In this document: piece by piece, positions 1 to 8,251 of the stretch
Layout: every line of letters starts with the position of its first letter
Numbering within the stretch: the stretch's first letter is position 1
Source of the DNA: Methanocellales archaeon
Lineage (GTDB): Archaea; Halobacteriota; JAWCLZ01
Direction: 5' to 3'
DNA: 11,136 bases
Assembly (NCBI GenBank): GCA_038850285.1
Contig: JAWCMA010000034.1
Location: 1 to 11,136 of the forward strand
Made by a program: the position numbers and the translations under genes
Notes under the pieces: model-generated
Told to the model about the DNA's origin: nothing
Databases searched by the model: none
What the model saw: only the letters and a program-made list of their open reading frames with translations

Positions 1-1
1 G

Positions 2-1459
2 CTCAAGCAATCCGAGAAAGATTTAATTCGCACTCTAGCATCGCGCTTGAATTTAGGCGGACTCTACGCTGAAGAGATCTGCTTAAGAGCAGATTTAGAT
101 AAAGCCAAAGCTGCAAAAAAACTAGAAGCTGATGAGATAGAGAAAATATTTAGCAGCATGCAAGAGCTCTTCACCCCGCTTGTTAAAGGCGAGTTCAAAC
201 CGCATATAATAATAAAAGATGGCATGGAAATCGATGTCTTGCCATTTGAGCTTCTGCAATATAAAGAATATGAAAAGAAATACCACTCCACTTTCAATGC
301 CGCACTCGATGAATACTTCACCAAGCTAGCGGTGAAAAAAATAGAAACTGAAGTGGAGAGAGCAAAGGAAGAAAAGCTTTCAATTTTAAAGAGAATGCTT
401 CACCAGCAGGAAGAAGCTATCAAGAAACTAATGGAAGAAGAGAAGCAATATATCGAGGGAGGAGAGTTAATTTATTCTAACTATGAAGTACTTGAAGCAC
501 TTCTCTCAGGAATCAAAGAAGCAAGAAGGAAAAAAACCTCTTGGGAGGAGATAAAACGCACTTTCACTCAGATCAAGCGTGTCAAGGAAATGGAGGGGGA
601 AGTAGTAATCGAACTTGGAGGCAAGGAGATTGACTTAAACATTAACTATTCACTGCCTCAAAATGCCTCAAAATACTATATGCAAGCGAAGAAAGTCCGG
701 GAGAAACGCGAAGGAGCAGAAGCTGCTCTAGCTGAGACTAAGAGGAAAATAGTCGATGAACAAGCTCGCGAGGAAACGCTAAAAGTTGATCTAGCTCCAA
801 GGCGAAGAATAAAAAGGAAGAAGCACTGGTACGATGGATTCAGATGGTTTATTTCCTCGGATGGCTTCTTAATCGTAGGTGGAAGAGATGCGGAGACAAA
901 TGAAGAAGTGGTTAAAAAATATATGCAAAAAGAAGACCTATTCTTCCACGCTCAAGTACACGGAGCACCAGCTGTACTAGTGAAAACAGAGGGGAGAGAA
1001 GTGCCTGAAAGTACTCTTCGAGAGGCAGCACAATTCTCAGTTTCATATTCAAATGCATGGAGAGCAAAGCAATTTGCTGGAGACTGCTACTGGGTTAAGC
1101 CAGGCCAAGTATCCAAAACACCTGAATCAGGGGAGTACCTCACCAAGGGTGGATTTGTTATAAGGGGAGAGCGCAACTACTTCCACGATGTAGCTCTAGA
1201 AGTTGCAATTGGAGTGGAAATAAATGAAGAAACAAGATTAATAGCTGGACCATTGAGCGCGGTTAAAGCAAAAGCAAAGTACTATGTAGAACTCTTGCCA
1301 GGGGACTTGGATCAAAATGAAGCAGCTAGGAAGATAGCTGCTATGCTACTCGAAATGGCAAGTGAAGAAGATAGACATATAGTAAAAGCAATCGCAACTC
1401 CTAGTGAAATCCATAGATTTTTACCCCCGGGTAAGATAGATATTATCGGGCTGAGCTGA
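2..1459 (+). CDS. rqcH: Archaeal ribosome quality control factor Rqc2/RqcH (NEMF/NFACT family), 5'-partial
   Basis: Frame is open from base 2 (LKQSEKDLIRTLASRLNLGGLYAEE...), so the gene starts before the window and the TTG at 47 is not the start. It has the HhH-region motif LGGLYAEE, coiled coils, NASKYY..AKK, and an NFACT-R domain (WYDGFRWFISSDGFLIVGGRDAETNE, FFHAQVHGAP, QVSKTPESGEYLTKGGFVIRGERNY). Stop TGA 1457-1459. Confidence 0.93.
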   Translation, partial: LKQSEKDLIRTLASRLNLGGLYAEEICLRADLDKAKAAKKLEADEIEKIFSSMQELFTPLVKGEFKPHIIIKDGMEIDVLPFELLQYKEYEKKYHSTFNAALDEYFTKLAVKKIETEVERAKEEKLSILKRMLHQQEEAIKKLMEEEKQYIEGGELIYSNYEVLEALLSGIKEARRKKTSWEEIKRTFTQIKRVKEMEGEVVIELGGKEIDLNINYSLPQNASKYYMQAKKVREKREGAEAALAETKRKIVDEQAREETLKVDLAPRRRIKRKKHWYDGFRWFISSDGFLIVGGRDAETNEEVVKKYMQKEDLFFHAQVHGAPAVLVKTEGREVPESTLREAAQFSVSYSNAWRAKQFAGDCYWVKPGQVSKTPESGEYLTKGGFVIRGERNYFHDVALEVAIGVEINEETRLIAGPLSAVKAKAKYYVELLPGDLDQNEAARKIAAMLLEMASEEDRHIVKAIATPSEIHRFLPPGKIDIIGLS

Positions 1460-2035
1460 TCAAGTGCTCTCTAAGAATCTCTGAACCTCTTTGAACTTGG
1501 GCCCTGCTCTAACCATTTTCTTATTTATTAGATCAACAATGGTTGAGGCCTCGCCGTAGTAGCACTTTCCCCCATCTATCAAAAAATCTGCTTTCACCTT
1601 TACCTCTTCAGCGCTCTTAGGCGCGGGCTCGCCTGAGATATTTGCACTAGTGGAAGTAATTGGCTTGCCAAATGCAGAGATCAACTCAAGTGCGATTTTG
1701 TGATCTGGAAATCGAATGCCAACTACTTTTGAGCCTGAAGTAACAAAGTCAGGCACATTTGGTTTTTTCAAAAGCAAAATAGTTATAGGACCTGGGAGGA
1801 ATTTGGATATAAATTTCCAAGCGGCTTCATCGAGGTAAGCAATTTCCTGTAGCATTTCAAATGAAGACACAGCTAGGGAAAGCGGCTCTTGAGCTGCGCG
1901 CTGTTTAATTTCAAAAACCCTTCTCACAGCATTAAGCGAAAAAGCATTGCCTCCCAGTCCATAAACTGTCTCAGTTGGGTAAATCACCACTCCATCTTTA
2001 TTTAAAATTTCCACTGCTCTCTCGATCACGCGCAT
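1460..2035 (-). CDS. tsaC: L-threonylcarbamoyladenylate synthase, short YrdC/TsaC type (no C-terminal Sua5 domain)
   Basis: Motifs YPTETVYGLG, K-x-R...PL (IKQRAAQEPL), PGPITI, GIRFPDH, STSANISG, STIVD; 191 aa. Confidence 0.92.
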   Translation of the reverse strand: MRVIERAVEILNKDGVVIYPTETVYGLGGNAFSLNAVRRVFEIKQRAAQEPLSLAVSSFEMLQEIAYLDEAAWKFISKFLPGPITILLLKKPNVPDFVTSGSKVVGIRFPDHKIALELISAFGKPITSTSANISGEPAPKSAEEVKVKADFLIDGGKCYYGEASTIVDLINKKMVRAGPKFKEVQRFLEST

Positions 2036-2044
2036 AGCACTTCG

Positions 2045-2515
2045 CTATTTCTTCTTCTTAATGGTAACAACATCGCCTAGGGTTAATTCCCTCGAAGAAG
2101 ACCTTTGCCTCTTTACCTCACCCATTTCCACGGGCTGAACTAGCTTTACCTCCAACACCCTCTCCAGCTTCTTTCTCACTTCTTCCTCCAGCATAAGTTC
2201 CTGGCGCTCGATCTTTTTGATCACATTTGCCTTCTCAAGAATTCTTCGAGCGAGTTCCTCCTGGGTCCAGCCGCGTCTCTCCCTTTCCTTTCGAATTACC
2301 TCCCCATAATTTGGCACAATTGCATCGATTTGATCAAATATATCCTTATGCTTCACCACTTTACCAATAGGCTTAGCTGTAGCTGCACTTTGCATCTCCC
2401 TCTCCACAACCGTGCCAAAGCGAGAGCAATTGCTGCATGCATTCAGCTCGCTCCCCTCGATCCTTATATAAAAAGGCTTGCCCTTAATCTCAGCACCGCA
2501 AATTTCACATTGCAT
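2045..2515 (-). CDS. mbf1: Archaeal multiprotein bridging factor aMBF1 (Zn-ribbon plus Cro-like HTH)
   Basis: MQCEICG...CSNC Zn ribbon, HTH (IRKERERRGWTQEELARRILEKANVIKKIE), C-terminal TLGDV motif. Start revised from the ORF-track 2548 to ATG 2515 (156 aa), which matches the family N-terminus and leaves a TATA-like TATATA about 25-30 bp upstream. Confidence 0.92.
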   Translation of the reverse strand: MQCEICGAEIKGKPFYIRIEGSELNACSNCSRFGTVVEREMQSAATAKPIGKVVKHKDIFDQIDAIVPNYGEVIRKERERRGWTQEELARRILEKANVIKKIERQELMLEEEVRKKLERVLEVKLVQPVEMGEVKRQRSSSRELTLGDVVTIKKKK

Positions 2516-2537
2516 GGTATGATTGTAAAACCTAAAG

Positions 2538-2546
2538 CTATATATC
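2538..2546 (-). promoter_or_regulatory. Putative TATA box for a leaderless mbf1-tsaC transcript
   Basis: Minus strand reads GATATATAG, about 25-30 nt before ATG 2515. No Shine-Dalgarno motif is evident. Confidence 0.45.
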
Positions 2547-2566
2547 ACTATGGATTTAATAGAATT

Positions 2567-2625
2567 AATGTAAAAAGTAAATGTATAAAAAAAGTAAATG
2601 TAAATGCAAAATGTAAAATGTAAAA
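2567..2625. repeat. Degenerate short tandem repeat of AAATGTA/AAAGTA-type units in the mbf1-pan divergent spacer
   Basis: aatgtaaaaagtaaatgtataaaaaaagtaaatgtaaatgcaaaatgtaaaatgtaaaa: about eight 6-9 bp units. Confidence 0.7.
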
Positions 2626-2648
2626 GGAAAACCTGGAAGTGATATTAA

Positions 2649-3905
2649 TTGGCAGCTGGTGAGGAGCAAGGCGATATTGAAGTGCAGGCAGAGGAAATAG
2701 TTGCTTCTCAAGATGAATTCTTCAAATACCTCTTGGACCGAGTGCGTTTACTCGAGGAGCGCAATACGCGGCTGAAAGAGGAGATAAAGCGCATTGAAAA
2801 TGAGAAGCGCAATTCCGAGAACAAGCGAGTAAAATTCGAGCGGGAGGTACGCAAGCTAAGGAGCGAACTAGAGCGCTTAAGGGTTCCACCGCTTGTGGTT
2901 GGCACTATTCAAGATGTACTCAGTGATGATAAAGTGGTGATTAAGAGCAGCACAGGTCCAAAATTTGTTGTAAGCGCTTCTCAATTCATTGAAAGTAAAA
3001 AATTAACTGCAGGTGCTAGAGTTGCACTTAACCAACAAACTCTTGCAATAGTCAGCGTATTACCATCCCCAAAGGATCCAATGGTTTATGGAATGGAAAT
3101 CATAGAATCGCCAGATGTGGACTACGATGATATAGGCGGACTTGATGCTCAGATTCAGGAGCTGAGGGAAACAGTTGAACTCCCATTGATTAAGCCAGAG
3201 GCATTTAAAAAAATAGGTATAGAGCCTCCAAAGGGAATTCTGCTTTACGGAGCACCTGGCACAGGGAAAACACTCCTTGCTAAGGCAGTTGCAAGAAGAA
3301 CCAAGGCGACCTTTATACGCGTGGTAGGATCAGAGCTTGTGCAGAAATACATTGGAGAAGGCGCGCGCTTGGTGCGCGAACTCTTTGAAATGGCAAGGGA
3401 GAAATCACCCAGTATAGTATTCATCGATGAACTCGATGCTATAGGTGCAAAGCGATTAGAATCCGCGACTTCAGGGGATCGGGAAGTGCAGCGCACGCTC
3501 ATGCAATTACTTAGTGAAATGGATGGATTTGATCCCAGGGGAGATGTTAAGCTGATAGGCGCAACAAATAGACCTGATATACTTGATCCAGCTTTACTTC
3601 GCCCTGGAAGATTTGATCGCATGATCGAAATACCCATGCCTAATTTTACTGCAAGAGTGCAGATCTTCAAGATCCATACTAGGAAGATGAATCTTGTGGA
3701 GGAAATCAACTTCGAGCGCCTTGCCTCGCTCACAGATGGAGCTACTGGCGCGGATATTAAGGCAATTGCAATGGAAGCTGGGATGTTTGCAATTCGCGCA
3801 GATCGCGATGCAGTTACAATGCAGGATTTCGAAGTGGCAATTAAAAAGGTAATGGGCGAAGAGGAAGCAGAGGCTAATAAAGGCGCGGGAATGATGTTTG
3901 CATAA
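2649..3905 (+). CDS. pan: Proteasome-activating nucleotidase (AAA+ ATPase)
   Basis: N-terminal coiled coil, OB domain ([15 protein letters not shown]), Walker A GAPGTGKT, pore loop KYIGEG, Walker [32 protein letters not shown]-terminal HbYX-like MFA. TTG start preceded by SD-like GGAAGTGA at 2635-2642. Confidence 0.97.
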   Translation: MAAGEEQGDIEVQAEEIVASQDEFFKYLLDRVRLLEERNTRLKEEIKRIENEKRNSENKRVKFEREVRKLRSELERLRVPPLVVGTIQDVLSDDKVVIKSSTGPKFVVSASQFIESKKLTAGARVALNQQTLAIVSVLPSPKDPMVYGMEIIESPDVDYDDIGGLDAQIQELRETVELPLIKPEAFKKIGIEPPKGILLYGAPGTGKTLLAKAVARRTKATFIRVVGSELVQKYIGEGARLVRELFEMAREKSPSIVFIDELDAIGAKRLESATSGDREVQRTLMQLLSEMDGFDPRGDVKLIGATNRPDILDPALLRPGRFDRMIEIPMPNFTARVQIFKIHTRKMNLVEEINFERLASLTDGATGADIKAIAMEAGMFAIRADRDAVTMQDFEVAIKKVMGEEEAEANKGAGMMFA

Positions 3906-3919
3906 GCTTTTAAACAGGC

Positions 3920-3927
3920 TTTATATG
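3920..3927 (+). promoter_or_regulatory. Putative TATA box (TTTATATG) for a leaderless ligase transcript
   Basis: Archaeal TATA-like sequence ending 24 nt before ATG 3952, with no SD upstream of the ATG. Confidence 0.5.
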
Positions 3928-3951
3928 ATGCAAAGTAGTTATAAAAAGTAA

Positions 3952-5607
3952 ATGAAGTATCTTGAATTGATAGAAGCACTTGAGAGAGTTGCTAAAATCG
4001 CGAGTAAAAATGAAAAAGTAGCAATAATCTCAGAACTATTAAAAAAATCGCAGGAGCAAGAGCTTAAAAACATCGCTAGGTTGCTTGTGGGCAAAATATT
4101 TCCAGATTATGAATCAAGAGAGCTTGGAATTTCAACAGCAACCATCACCAAAGTTTTAAGTGAGATAACTGGCAAGACGCAGCTTGAGCTTATTCAACTC
4201 CACAGGCAAACTGGCGATCTCGGCGGTGCTGCTGAAGTTGCACTTAAATCAAAGCGGCAGTTTCCCCTTTTTAAAGAAGCGCTTGAGATCAGCGAGGTAT
4301 ATTCCGCGATGGAGGAAATAGCTGAGATAAAGGGCGAAGATAGCTTTGCTAGGATATCAAATGTATTGAAGGGCTTGCTACTTCGTGCATCGCCAATTGA
4401 GGCAAAATATTTAATTAGAACCCTGCTGGGGAACATTCAAGTTGGCTTCTCCCAAGGTCTAATGGAGGATGCAATTGCGCGAGCATTTGAGGTTTCAAAG
4501 GCAAAGGTGATGCGCGCTTTAATGTATATGCCTGATGTGGGTGAAATTGCAGCTTTAGCGCAGCGGGGAAATAAAGCGCTGGATCAAGTCGAAATTCAGT
4601 TGCTTAGACCGGTGAAGCCAATGCTTGCCTCCCACGCTTCCAGTCTAGAAGAGATTTTCGAGGAGTTCAAGGAATTTGCTTTGGAGGTGAAATATGATGG
4701 CATAAGAGTACAGATACATAAGAAAGATGCTGAAATCAAGATCTTCACCCGCAGGCTCAGGGATATTACTTCAGCTGTTCCAGATCTAATTGAAAAGCTC
4801 AAGCAAATAAAGGCTGAGAACTTTATTCTCGAAGGTGAGCTCATCGCAGTGAAAGAAGGCAAGTTACTGCCATTTCAAGAGCTAGTGAAGCGCATACAGA
4901 GAAAATATGAAATTGAGGAGATGAGCAAGTTAATCCCGCTGAATTTTCTAGCTTTCGATGTATTATATTTAAATGGTGCGAATTTAACCAAAATGAAATA
5001 TAAATTTAGATACGCCATCCTCGAAGACCTTTTGAATGGCAGCGGGATTGATCGAGCGGAAAGAATTGTTGCTTCGAATTTAGAAGAGGCTAGAGCTTTT
5101 TTTGAAAGGGCTAGAACTATGGGACACGAAGGACTTATGGCAAAGGATATGAATGCTCCATATTCACCTGGTACAAGAGGGAGGAAGATGCTGAAGTTGA
5201 AAAGCTTTCTCGATACGCTAGATGTTGCTGTATTAGCAGCGGAATATGGAGAGGGAAGGAAGCATGATTTCTTAAGTAGATATTTCATAGGCGCTAAGAG
5301 CGGCGATGAATTCGTGGTCATTGGAAAGGTTTCTTCTGGTCTAAGCGATGAAGAACTTGAATGGATGACCGATGAGCTGCGTAAAGATGCAGTTGAGGAA
5401 ACTGGAAGACTCGTGAAGGTAAAACCTAGAATTGTTTTAGAAGTTGCCTTTGATGAAATACAAAAGGGGGAGAGCTATCCCTCAGGCTATGCTCTTCGCT
5501 TCCCTAGAGTACTTAGGATTAGAGATGATAAAGAAATTGATGAAGTTGATTCAGTGGATAGAATTAAAGAGCTATATGAATGCGGCGGAGAATTAAGAAT
5601 TGATTAA
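3952..5607 (+). CDS. lig: ATP-dependent DNA ligase (archaeal LigI type)
   Basis: N-terminal DNA-binding domain (TGDLG), PMLA, motif I EVKYDGIR (adenylated Lys), motif III ILEGE, IIIa FDVLYLNG, IV EGLMAK, V KLK, VI LRFPRVLRIRDDK. Confidence 0.96.
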   Translation: MKYLELIEALERVAKIASKNEKVAIISELLKKSQEQELKNIARLLVGKIFPDYESRELGISTATITKVLSEITGKTQLELIQLHRQTGDLGGAAEVALKSKRQFPLFKEALEISEVYSAMEEIAEIKGEDSFARISNVLKGLLLRASPIEAKYLIRTLLGNIQVGFSQGLMEDAIARAFEVSKAKVMRALMYMPDVGEIAALAQRGNKALDQVEIQLLRPVKPMLASHASSLEEIFEEFKEFALEVKYDGIRVQIHKKDAEIKIFTRRLRDITSAVPDLIEKLKQIKAENFILEGELIAVKEGKLLPFQELVKRIQRKYEIEEMSKLIPLNFLAFDVLYLNGANLTKMKYKFRYAILEDLLNGSGIDRAERIVASNLEEARAFFERARTMGHEGLMAKDMNAPYSPGTRGRKMLKLKSFLDTLDVAVLAAEYGEGRKHDFLSRYFIGAKSGDEFVVIGKVSSGLSDEELEWMTDELRKDAVEETGRLVKVKPRIVLEVAFDEIQKGESYPSGYALRFPRVLRIRDDKEIDEVDSVDRIKELYECGGELRID

Positions 5608-5666
5608 AAAGTTAAAAATTGATTAAAAAGTTAAAAATATTAAAAAGTTAAAAATTGATTAAAAAG
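5598..5666. repeat. Tandem repeat of a 19-bp unit (ATTAAAAAGTTAAAAATTG) filling the convergent lig/thermosome spacer; probable oligo-U terminator for the thermosome
   Basis: Units at 5603-5621, 5622-5638 (2-bp deletion), 5639-5657 and partial 5658-5666. These give seven T5 tracts on the minus strand directly after the thermosome stop codon. Confidence 0.85.
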
Positions 5667-7310
5667 CTAGTCGAATTCTCCCTCCTCAGATGGTCCTGGT
5701 CCTCCTGGTGGAGCGGTTTCTTTTGCTTTTGAAGCAGCTATAACGTCATCTATCCTGAGGATCATCGAGGCACCTTCGGTAGCTGAGAGCACAGCCTGAG
5801 TTTTGGCGCGGAGTGGCTCTATTACCCCTGCCTCCTTCATATCCATGGGCTTGCCTGTGTATACATTCAAGCCAAAGGTTTTATTACCCGCTTCATGCGA
5901 AGCCCTTAGGTCTACTATGGTATCTATTGGATCTAAGCCTGAGTTTTCCGCGAGGGTTTTGGGAATAATTTCCATTGCATCTGCAAATGCAAGAACCGCG
6001 AGCTGCTCTCTACCGGTGAGCTTTGAAGCATATTCGCGTATTCTAAGTGCAAGCTCAACCTCAGGTGCGCCCCCACCTGCCACTATTTTTTCATCCTCGA
6101 TTGCTGCTTCAACCACTCGCAAGCCATCTTGAATCGCTCGCTCCAGCTCGTCTATGATGTGCTGCGTGCCACCTCTAACTAATATGGTAACGGACTTTGG
6201 ATTCTTGCATTGCGTGATATATATCATGTTCTCAGTGCCAGTCTTCTTTTCTTCAACTAGACCAGCGAATCCAAGGTCTTCTTTAACCAAGTCCTCGATG
6301 CTTGAGACAATGTTTGCTCCCGTGGCTTTTGCCACGAGCTTCATATCGGATTCCTTGACTCTTCGAACTGCTAATACGCCTGCTTTGGCTAGGTAATGCT
6401 GCACTAGGTCTTCTATTCCCTTCTGGCAGATTACAACGTTTGCGCCTGTGGCAATGATTTTATCCGCTATTGACTTGAGAATTTGTTCTTCTTCGTCGAG
6501 GAATACTCTCAATTGATCAGGAGTTTTAATGGAGATCTCCGCGTCGGTCTTGGTTTTTTTAACCTCGAGATCGTCTGCTATTAGGGCTATCTTTGCATCC
6601 TTCACCTTCTTGGGCATGCCGCTATGCACGCGCTCTTTATCTATGACTATTCCATCTATGAGCGCAGTATCCTCGACCTTGCCACCGACTCTTTTCTCGA
6701 TCTTTATATCATCTTTATCAACCGCATATCTACCATCTTTCTTCTCAGCAACTGCTTTCACGGCTTTAACCACAAGGCTTGAAAGCGTATCCCTAGCTAT
6801 TTCTGTTCCCTTCCCAGTGAGTGCAGTTGTGGCCACTTGCTCCAGGGTCTTTTCATCGTTTATTGTCACATCGAAAGCCAAATTGTTTAAAATTTCTATT
6901 GCTTTATCTGCAGCTAATCTATATCCTCGAGCAACTATGGTTGGATGGACATTTTGCTCAATTAATTCCTCGGCTTTCTTAAGGAGCTCCCCTGCTAGCA
7001 CAACTGCTGTTGTAGTACCATCTCCCACTTCTTCATCCTGTGTCTTCGCGACTTCCACTATCATTTTCGCTGCAGGATGTGCGATGTCCATTTCCTTTAA
7101 AATGGTAGCGCCATCGTTGGTTATCACTACATCTCCAAAACTATCCACAAGCATTTTATCCATGCCCTTAGGTCCCAGCGTAGTGCGAACTGCTTCAGCC
7201 ACGATTTTACCCGCTAGAATATTATTGGCTTGTGCATCTCTCCCGCGAGTACGGGTTGTACCCTCCTTAAGGATAAGAATAGGCTGTCCTGCAAGCTGTC
7301 CATTTGTCAT
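5667..7310 (-). CDS. ths: Thermosome subunit (group II chaperonin)
   Basis: [60 protein letters not shown] at 7317-7322. Alpha versus beta paralogue cannot be assigned. Confidence 0.97.
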   Translation of the reverse strand: MTNGQLAGQPILILKEGTTRTRGRDAQANNILAGKIVAEAVRTTLGPKGMDKMLVDSFGDVVITNDGATILKEMDIAHPAAKMIVEVAKTQDEEVGDGTTTAVVLAGELLKKAEELIEQNVHPTIVARGYRLAADKAIEILNNLAFDVTINDEKTLEQVATTALTGKGTEIARDTLSSLVVKAVKAVAEKKDGRYAVDKDDIKIEKRVGGKVEDTALIDGIVIDKERVHSGMPKKVKDAKIALIADDLEVKKTKTDAEISIKTPDQLRVFLDEEEQILKSIADKIIATGANVVICQKGIEDLVQHYLAKAGVLAVRRVKESDMKLVAKATGANIVSSIEDLVKEDLGFAGLVEEKKTGTENMIYITQCKNPKSVTILVRGGTQHIIDELERAIQDGLRVVEAAIEDEKIVAGGGAPEVELALRIREYASKLTGREQLAVLAFADAMEIIPKTLAENSGLDPIDTIVDLRASHEAGNKTFGLNVYTGKPMDMKEAGVIEPLRAKTQAVLSATEGASMILRIDDVIAASKAKETAPPGGPGPSEEGEFD

Positions 7311-7354
7311 GCGATAACCTCCTTGCTATAATCAGTAGCATCAAATCAGTAAAG

Positions 7355-7379
7355 TAGAAGTTCTATAAAAAATTTGCTA
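7355..7379 (-). promoter_or_regulatory. Thermosome promoter: TATA box (TTTTATAG) abutting a TAGAA-C-TTCTA palindrome
   Basis: Minus strand TAGCAAATTTTTTATAGAACTTCTA, about 45-70 nt upstream of ATG 7310; perfect 5-bp arms at 7355-7365. Confidence 0.6.
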
Positions 7380-7408
7380 TTAGTAGTATTGGTACTGTTA
7401 ACTTTGCA

Positions 7409-8251
7409 TCACTCCTTGTAATAAGTGTGGGGTGTTTCTTCTAGACTCATATGACTTTGAATGCGATTATAAAAATATGTAATGGCTAATTTGACCTAGA
7501 CACATATTGTAAATGTTACCTAGTTTATCTGCATTGACATTTTCGCATCCAACGCTCCTATAATGCCGTCTTCGGTTCACGTCAGACATCGTCTTAGCCA
7601 TTACACGATTATAAAAATAAACAAAGGCATAGAGCCAGTTGAATACATGCTCGAAGCATTTTTTATGAGGAAAATAAATGTCAAAACCTTTCAATCTATC
7701 CTTCAAAGTCTCATACCATCTCTCAATATAATTACGAATATTTCCTGAGACCACTTGATATTTAATCCCCAATCTAGAAAGAGCAGCGAGATACCAATGA
7801 CCGCCATCTATCACCACAAGATCAGGAGCTCTTCCATAGAATGTTATCATTACTTTAAAAAAGCTAAAAGTTGCAAGATAATTCCTCATAGGATAAAGAT
7901 CAAAGTAAATAATTCCCCTCGTTTCAGGACAAATTGCAGCATATAAATAAAACTCCTTATTACCAATTTGAATACAAGTTTCATCAACCACAATGATAGA
8001 AGGCATATCTCCATTCCAAGAAAAGTAATCACTCTAACTTTCCACTCACCTTTGAACCCACTTCCAAACCGCAACATGCGAAATCTCAATTCCGAGATAG
8101 ATAAAAATATCTCACTCCTAAATGAAAGCCCTTTCAAGTAAAGTAATATCCCAAACTGCACAATAGCAATAGCCGTTCTCTCACGCTTAACAAAATCTTT
8201 ATCATCAAACAACTCACAATATTCAAGCAAACCTAAGGTATTCAAATCCAT
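7409..8251 (-). pseudogene. tnp: IS6/IS240-type DDE transposase pseudogene
   Basis: ATG 8251 (MDLNTLG...LYLKGLSFR); frameshift near 8100-8120 into YLGIEISHVAVWKWVQR; in-frame stops TGA 8048-8046 and TAG 8036-8034; DDE motifs VVDET, VIDGGHWY, NYIERW. C-terminus interrupted at 7605; the original tail YNRIQSHMSLEETPHTYYKE* ends at TGA 7411-7409. Confidence 0.9.
7478..7605. mobile_element. 128-bp MITE-like non-autonomous element nested in the IS6 transposase
   Basis: Perfect 12-bp TIR TGTAATGGCTAA (7478-7489) / TTAGCCATTACA (7594-7605), flanked by perfect 14-bp direct repeat CGATTATAAAAATA (7464-7477, 7606-7619). No transposase coding capacity. Confidence 0.92.

Noticed and set aside
2330-2623. 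97-aa + strand ORF across mbf1 and the repeat
   Set aside because: Antisense to mbf1, with a tail that is just translated low-complexity repeat.
3891-3905. PAN C-terminus MFA instead of canonical HbYX with Tyr
   Set aside because: Phe at this position is a common variant in euryarchaeal PAN proteins.
3245-3979. 244-aa antisense ORF over pan
   Set aside because: Shadow frame of a highly conserved gene, Ser/Ala/Ile-rich with no recognisable motifs.
5598-5666. Possible mini-CRISPR array
   Set aside because: The units are directly tandem with no unique spacers, are only 19 bp long, and no cas genes are present.
6529-7317. 262-aa antisense ORF, plus 5803-6132 and 6154-6396, over the thermosome
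   Set aside because: Typical antisense open frames of chaperonin genes caused by codon bias; no independent evidence.
7467-7605. Novel Cys/His-containing C-terminal extension of the 179-aa transposase ORF
   Set aside because: It is read-through of the inserted MITE, not a real domain.
7464-7619. Casposon derivative suggested by the 14-bp duplication
   Set aside because: No casposase or PolB gene, not inserted at a tRNA gene, and TGT...ACA ends fit DDE elements of the IS481/IS1202 type better.
8034-8048. In-frame TGA and TAG in the transposase as possible Sec/Pyl recoding or programmed frameshift
   Set aside because: They accompany a nearby frameshift and a MITE insertion. Small deletions explain them better, since a shifted frame reads SGKLE. 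IS6 transposases are single-ORF.
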